The notes under the pieces were generated by a model that was given only the letters and a program-made list of their open reading frames with translations, was not told the DNA's origin and ran no database searches. A DNA stretch of 64,000 nt. It comes from Balanoglossus misakiensis. Its lineage: Eukaryota; Animalia; Hemichordata. A program made the position numbers and the translations under genes. The stretch covers positions 4,304,137 to 4,368,136 of the forward strand of contig CM082595.2 in assembly GCA_040954595.2 (NCBI GenBank). The letters are read 5' to 3'. Positions within the stretch are counted from its first letter, which is position 1; the number at the start of each line of letters is the position of its first letter. Shown here one piece after another: positions 59,096-64,000 of the stretch.

Positions 59096-62000
59096 CTATT
59101 TCTTCTTTCGCTCTTGAACACATTTTGGACAGAACCTGAGAAAACAAGAAGGGTTGGTGATGAGCATTTCGCAAGTTATGTTGGTAAGCTAAGACATCAA
59201 ATCAGGTCCAATAATCAACATCATTCAAGGTAAGCTAATTGCCAAGTCCAAGAAGGAACTAAGAGAAAAATCAACAGGATCATCTTGAACCACTGCTAAG
59301 TGGTGGTAGCAGGTGTCCGGGAATGGGTAAGCGTATCCTAACTGTTGCTCTCAAAGAAAAGAAAAAAACTCACCATTTTCCTTTCGGTTTACTCGTCAAA
59401 CCAACGCACGCAAAATGAAACCATTCAATGGGACACTGTAAATCAAGAATACGACATCAAAAGACTTCTTTAGTAAAAGAGTCTGGGTATAATTTCTTCC
59501 CACCCTCACTTCATCAACATGGATCCAACCCTCACAATGGAAAACAATGGGACTAGACCAAGGAACAGCAATTGAAAGGTTAGACAGGTAAAATTACCAA
59601 TTCCCTGCCTGCAGTAAAAATTGTTGTAAAAACCACACACAAAAAAACAGCTATAATTTTATTGCTTGAGTGTTTAAGATCAGTGTATACCAGTTTTATA
59701 CATGTCTGCTTTTCTCTGTGGACAGGCGACAAATTGGAAATGATGAATTGTGATTGGCTATTGATACTTACATCTGGGTTATCACAGCCAATCATTTCGC
59801 CGTACGACACTTGATGGCAGAGACAGTATGTCGGTTCATTGGGATCCACTGGCATATCAAGAACGTCCGACGGTGCATGAATTACAGACGGCAATGTAAG
59901 TATCGGGGTTACAGTCTCCGTTCTACGACAAAAAAAAGAAATACTGCGTTAATATCAACATCTACAAAACTAGGTGATCTGCATCTAGATCAAGAAATTA
60001 TAGCAACAAAATGTGCTCTAAATTGGATGGTCAACCATATGATTTAAAAAACGTGAAAAAAAAAAATTCAGAGTAATCTCAGAATGTGACTTACTGTACA
60101 GTCGTTTTCATTTTTTTCCGTGATGATTTTGGTGTTTCATCATCTGATGATTTCCTTCGATTTTTCCTCCCTGACTGTGATTTGTCTGCACTTTTTTTAC
60201 TGGACCGCGATTCTAGCAAAAAATAAAATACAAGTTATTAACTTTATTACACTTACATAACATGGATCATGAAAAACAATTATTTAAACAAGATTTTACT
60301 AAGTGCATCAAAGTCTAATATAGAGACATTAGCTGTAACTTTTGGCTATATTTCAGTATTTACGCTCTATGTACTAAATGCAATTTCTTGTTTCTCTCCA
60401 AACAGCATGCTAATATACCCTGTACTCTGCCTGTCAACATAGCCTGTATGTATGTAACTGCGATTGTTATTGTTGACAAATTTAGGGAGGGGAGAAAAAT
60501 TCGAACTAGAGTTTACAATCCCTGCAGAAGGCAACCACTCACTTTTATCCCGCGATGACCCAGCACTGTCATAATCGCTACTTTTCTGTTCTAGGTTTTT
60601 CTCCTTGAGTTCTTGCTCAAACCTGGCCAGGTCTGCATCCAGCCTCCGTATGTGTTTGTCAACCTGAAAGAAAGACACGGAAAGACGAGTCAACTATCAC
60701 ATGGGTCAGTTTATCACCAGTGTGTGCTATGCTCTCTCAGCTATATTACCTGCGACTTATGCAATAGCATTACTGGTCATGCAAAAAATTATCTGGTAGA
60801 TTATTCAGCATCACTCTGACACAAACACAGTCACAAACAATTTTCTTTGTTTGGCTCAACATCTGAGGTCTACTGTAAAGTTCTCACAGAAAAACATGTG
60901 TAACTGTATGCACGTTTTTGACCTGTCAATTACAATGCACTGTTCCATCACCAACACTGAAGCCAACAGGACTGAACCAAAATGCAGAAACGTGGGGGTA
61001 CTGCCAGCACTTACCATTTCATAGGTCTGCATTGCAAGCTGCACCTTATCGTCCCCGTACTCCCGACTTTTGTTGAATAAATTCTGGATATTCCGGAGGT
61101 GCTCCGCCCTCTTCTCCCTGGGCATTTCCCGCACATTCTTGATGTAGTCATCCGCTAAATTGTCTATCTGTTTCAGAACATCTGGGAAGTGGAGAAAGGA
61201 ATTGCACATTTGACAATGGGGAGTGTGATACTACGAAAAAGTTTGACACACAGTAATTTCCTGCAGGGTTTGAAAAGAAATTTCAGGCAGATGTCTAAGA
61301 CAGAACGAGTGTGCCCTCTAAGCCCACATGACGGGCCACTGACTCAACAAACTCAATGGTCAGGTGACTCAAGAAAATGATCATTGTAATACATGCAAAG
61401 GTATAGGGCTGACTAAGACCGCTGGTTTGAGGGTCTATAATGGCTTGAATCCTCTCGCAAACAATACAAACATTTGTATGTCTAATAGAACAGTTTCTGG
61501 ATTTCTTAAAACTCATCTCACCTTGCGTCCTCTGATCCAAGTCTCTCATTAACGAAAAGTTCCTCTGAAGTTCATATGGCAAATTTTCTAAACCTGAAAG
61601 ATTAAGAGATAAAAAAGTGCCTCATTGCCATATACATATAGTTGGAAAATAAACTCCCATTTCAAAATATCGAGTACATGTACAAACAAAACAGAACTTA
61701 AGTTCTAAATTGTCATAACAACAGAAAGCTTTATAATGCTACATACACAATAAGTAACCTCTGACCCACAATGTCACCAGGTCAAAGGCTCTGTCATTTC
61801 TCGCACTATACCATCGAAAACTTACTTTTCGGAAATTCAAGAAAATAAATTTCCACCATCCAATCAGTTAAATAGGTGTGGTGTTTCTACTGAACATAGG
61901 CTATATCTAATGTTTGATTTCACATAACGTTTACCCCATGAAATGCACATGCGCGCGCGACGCGCTGAAATTGAATTAAAAATTCGGGAAAGCGAAAGTA

Positions 62001-62437
62001 CACTATTATTACTACACTTATGTTTGCATATGTCAAAAATGAGTTTAACTCTTGCTCGATAGTTTGAAGCAGTCTATGGGGGTGACATACTAGTCAACCT
62101 TATGCCTTCTGTACAACGGGGCAAATCCTACAGTCTGGACGCATACTGCGCGTAATATACATAAACCATACAGACGCGGACGCAAAGCTTGACGCGATCA
62201 GTTCATCGCTATTTATCCTACACACTGCATACTAGTATATTACCGCACGTCTGTTCACACGGAATCGCTGTCAAAATACTAGGAAGGAGTACAAACGAAC
62301 AAAATCTGCCATTGGAATTGGGCGAACGACGACGAGTACTGTCCTCTACAAATCCGATCACCAAATATAAGGGGACGTTTGAAAATTGTAACACACTCAC
62401 TGTCTAAATACTGTTCCAAGTAAAGCGCCGTCGCCAT
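59096..62437 (-). CDS. ING5: Inhibitor of growth protein 4/5 (ING domain + PHD finger), 8 coding exons; pro-ortholog of vertebrate ING4 and ING5
   Basis: [13 protein letters not shown]|[23 protein letters not shown]; [14 protein letters not shown]|[16 protein letters not shown]; [29 protein letters not shown]|[21 protein letters not shown]|[12 protein letters not shown]. Confidence 0.93.
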
Positions 62438-62494
62438 ATTGGTTCTTCCCGCCTAATCAATATACGTCATAGTATTAAGGTGCATTGTGGGAGA
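62430..62494 (-). promoter_or_regulatory. ING4/5 proximal promoter motifs (YY1-like, CRE half-site, ZNF143/Staf-like)
   Basis: GCCATATT over the ATG, ACGTCA at about 62464, and TGCATTGTGGGAG (reverse CTCCCACAATGCA, Staf/ZNF143 SBS-like) at about 62481-62493. Confidence 0.4.
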
Positions 62495-62845
62495 CACTGA
62501 CGCGGACATACATGATCGGCTTCAGCGCAACTTTTTATGTAATTTCAGTGCTTTTTCTGTCACGGTGGTGAAGCAAAAACAACAAGGCCTTAATCAGACA
62601 TTTAAAAGAGGCTCATTCTCATTAAATCTCAGAATATAAACGACGTCTCTGGATCACTCAAATGATCTAATTCTGTATTATATTATACCAGTATATTGAT
62701 GGTGTAAATCACGCTATTTGATTCGTCGAGACACGACACGTGACCGTGATATATTAGCCATATACCACAGTCATATATCATAGTCAAAGAAAATGCCTTT
62801 TTAAAATGTTTTATGCAAAGTTTCAATATACTGGCATAATATAAT

Positions 62846-62988
62846 AGCAATAAAACATCCCCAGCCATGGTATACCACTCGATTTTGACAAGTTCAACTC
62901 CATATACGCACTCGCTATCGCTCGTGCGTATATGTCGTGAACTGGTCAAAATCTCGTGGTATACCATGGCTGGGGGTGTTTTATTGCT
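62846..62988. mobile_element. ~143-bp foldback/palindromic MITE-like element
   Basis: AGCAATAAAACATCCCCAGCCATGGTATACCAC..GATTTTGAC.AGTTCA..CATATACGCAC mirrored by GTGCGTATATG..TGAACT.GTCAAAATC..GTGGTATACCATGGCTGGGGGTGTTTTATTGCT. Confidence 0.8.
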
Positions 62989-64000
62989 TAAATATGACTC
63001 CATAGCTGAGAAAAGAACTAAAATACTACAATAGGCATACACACATTTGATGGGGTGAAGAAAATCGTCTTCTTCAAGAAACTTGAAATAAAATAATAAG
63101 ATGTAATTCGGGGAAAAGACTCCCAAACTCTACATGCAGATACGTGTATTATCATAGTGATCATGTCAGAAATGAAAATAGTCTGAAGTTTTAATATTGA
63201 GTACATGTGTGTTCTTTGCCACGTACATACCCATAAATTATCTTATGGCAGGAACTGCCTCGGTTAGACAAAAAGTTTAAGTCTTTTGACGTGAGGCGAG
63301 TCTGTGGCCGCCCTCGGCTTCACTGCACGTGCACCTCAGCGGTGTGCTGGGGAGGACGACCAAAGCGCCCCCACAGGACACAAGCTTCAGTGACTCGACT
63401 GAACAGACCATTGCCTGAAAGACCGAAAGATTCGATTTTCAGTCATGTGCGGGCGCTCCGGCAATGCCTCGTCCCTGGAAAGGACTGAATCTTCCAGTCT
63501 AAACAGACCACGGCGCCAGGGATTCAGATAATAGCCACGGTCCCGCAACAAATCGGGTATTGGCGAAAATAAATCGTGCTGCTGTCAGTTGGAATGGCTG
63601 CAACAAAGACACCATGAAGTGACGGGTGGCCGGCCATTCAAACCAATGTGGTACATCTTTATGTACATTAATTAAACCCCGACTCCTTTTCCCTTTCTTC
63701 CAGTCGCCACTAACCGTTCCTTTATCGATTGCCTCCGTACTCTGAACGTGAAAAAAAAACAGGTTATCTGACCTGCCAATCATCTTCACGTGGACATGCT
63801 TACTGTATGTAAAGTTTTACAAACAAACAAACAACCAAACAAATAAACACACAGAACCTCGTCAGGCCGTATCATTTGCTTGATGGGTAAATAAAATTTC
63901 CGCCCTGACTTTCGACCTTGCTAGCAGTTTTGAGTCAGGTTATATCTCGGCAGCACGTGCAGATAACCAAATGATCGCGTCTGACCATTTGGCGTGTGTG

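Noticed and set aside
63286-63660. 7SK, RNase P/MRP, telomerase RNA or hammerhead ribozyme
   Set aside because: Only short chance-level resemblances; diagnostic motifs (GAUC pair, CR-I/CR-V, CUAACCCU template, CUGANGA core) are absent.

Overview
AT-rich, intron-containing animal genomic DNA, probably from an invertebrate deuterostome or other marine invertebrate (inferred from gene content and repeats; species not determinable here). Bases 1-7.8 kb are an 87-bp hairpin-containing satellite array. Following it are: a minus-strand DCX-EMAP-type gene (two doublecortin domains + HELP + WD40), two tandem plus-strand CHST11-like carbohydrate sulfotransferases, minus-strand CAPS2, NEURL4 and ING4/5, and a tRNA-Pro(TGG). 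Introns hold many short palindromic MITE-like elements and microsatellites. The most interesting signal is in the apparently empty 20-32 kb region. It holds at least four ATG-led, good-Kozak minus-strand exons that all end in phase-0 donors compatible with the DCX exon acceptor at 19664, interspersed with RFX X-box-like motifs. This suggests an array of alternative promoters and N-termini for DCX-EMAP. The same gene has a U12-type intron in the HELP motif and a candidate 27-nt cassette microexon. Other notable points: a His-to-Ser change in the NEURL4 ADP-ribosyltransferase-like motif, an 11-mer higher-order pattern and inverted terminal unit in the satellite, and a densely base-paired GC-rich island at about 63.2-63.7 kb. 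All gene models were assembled by eye and no searches were run.
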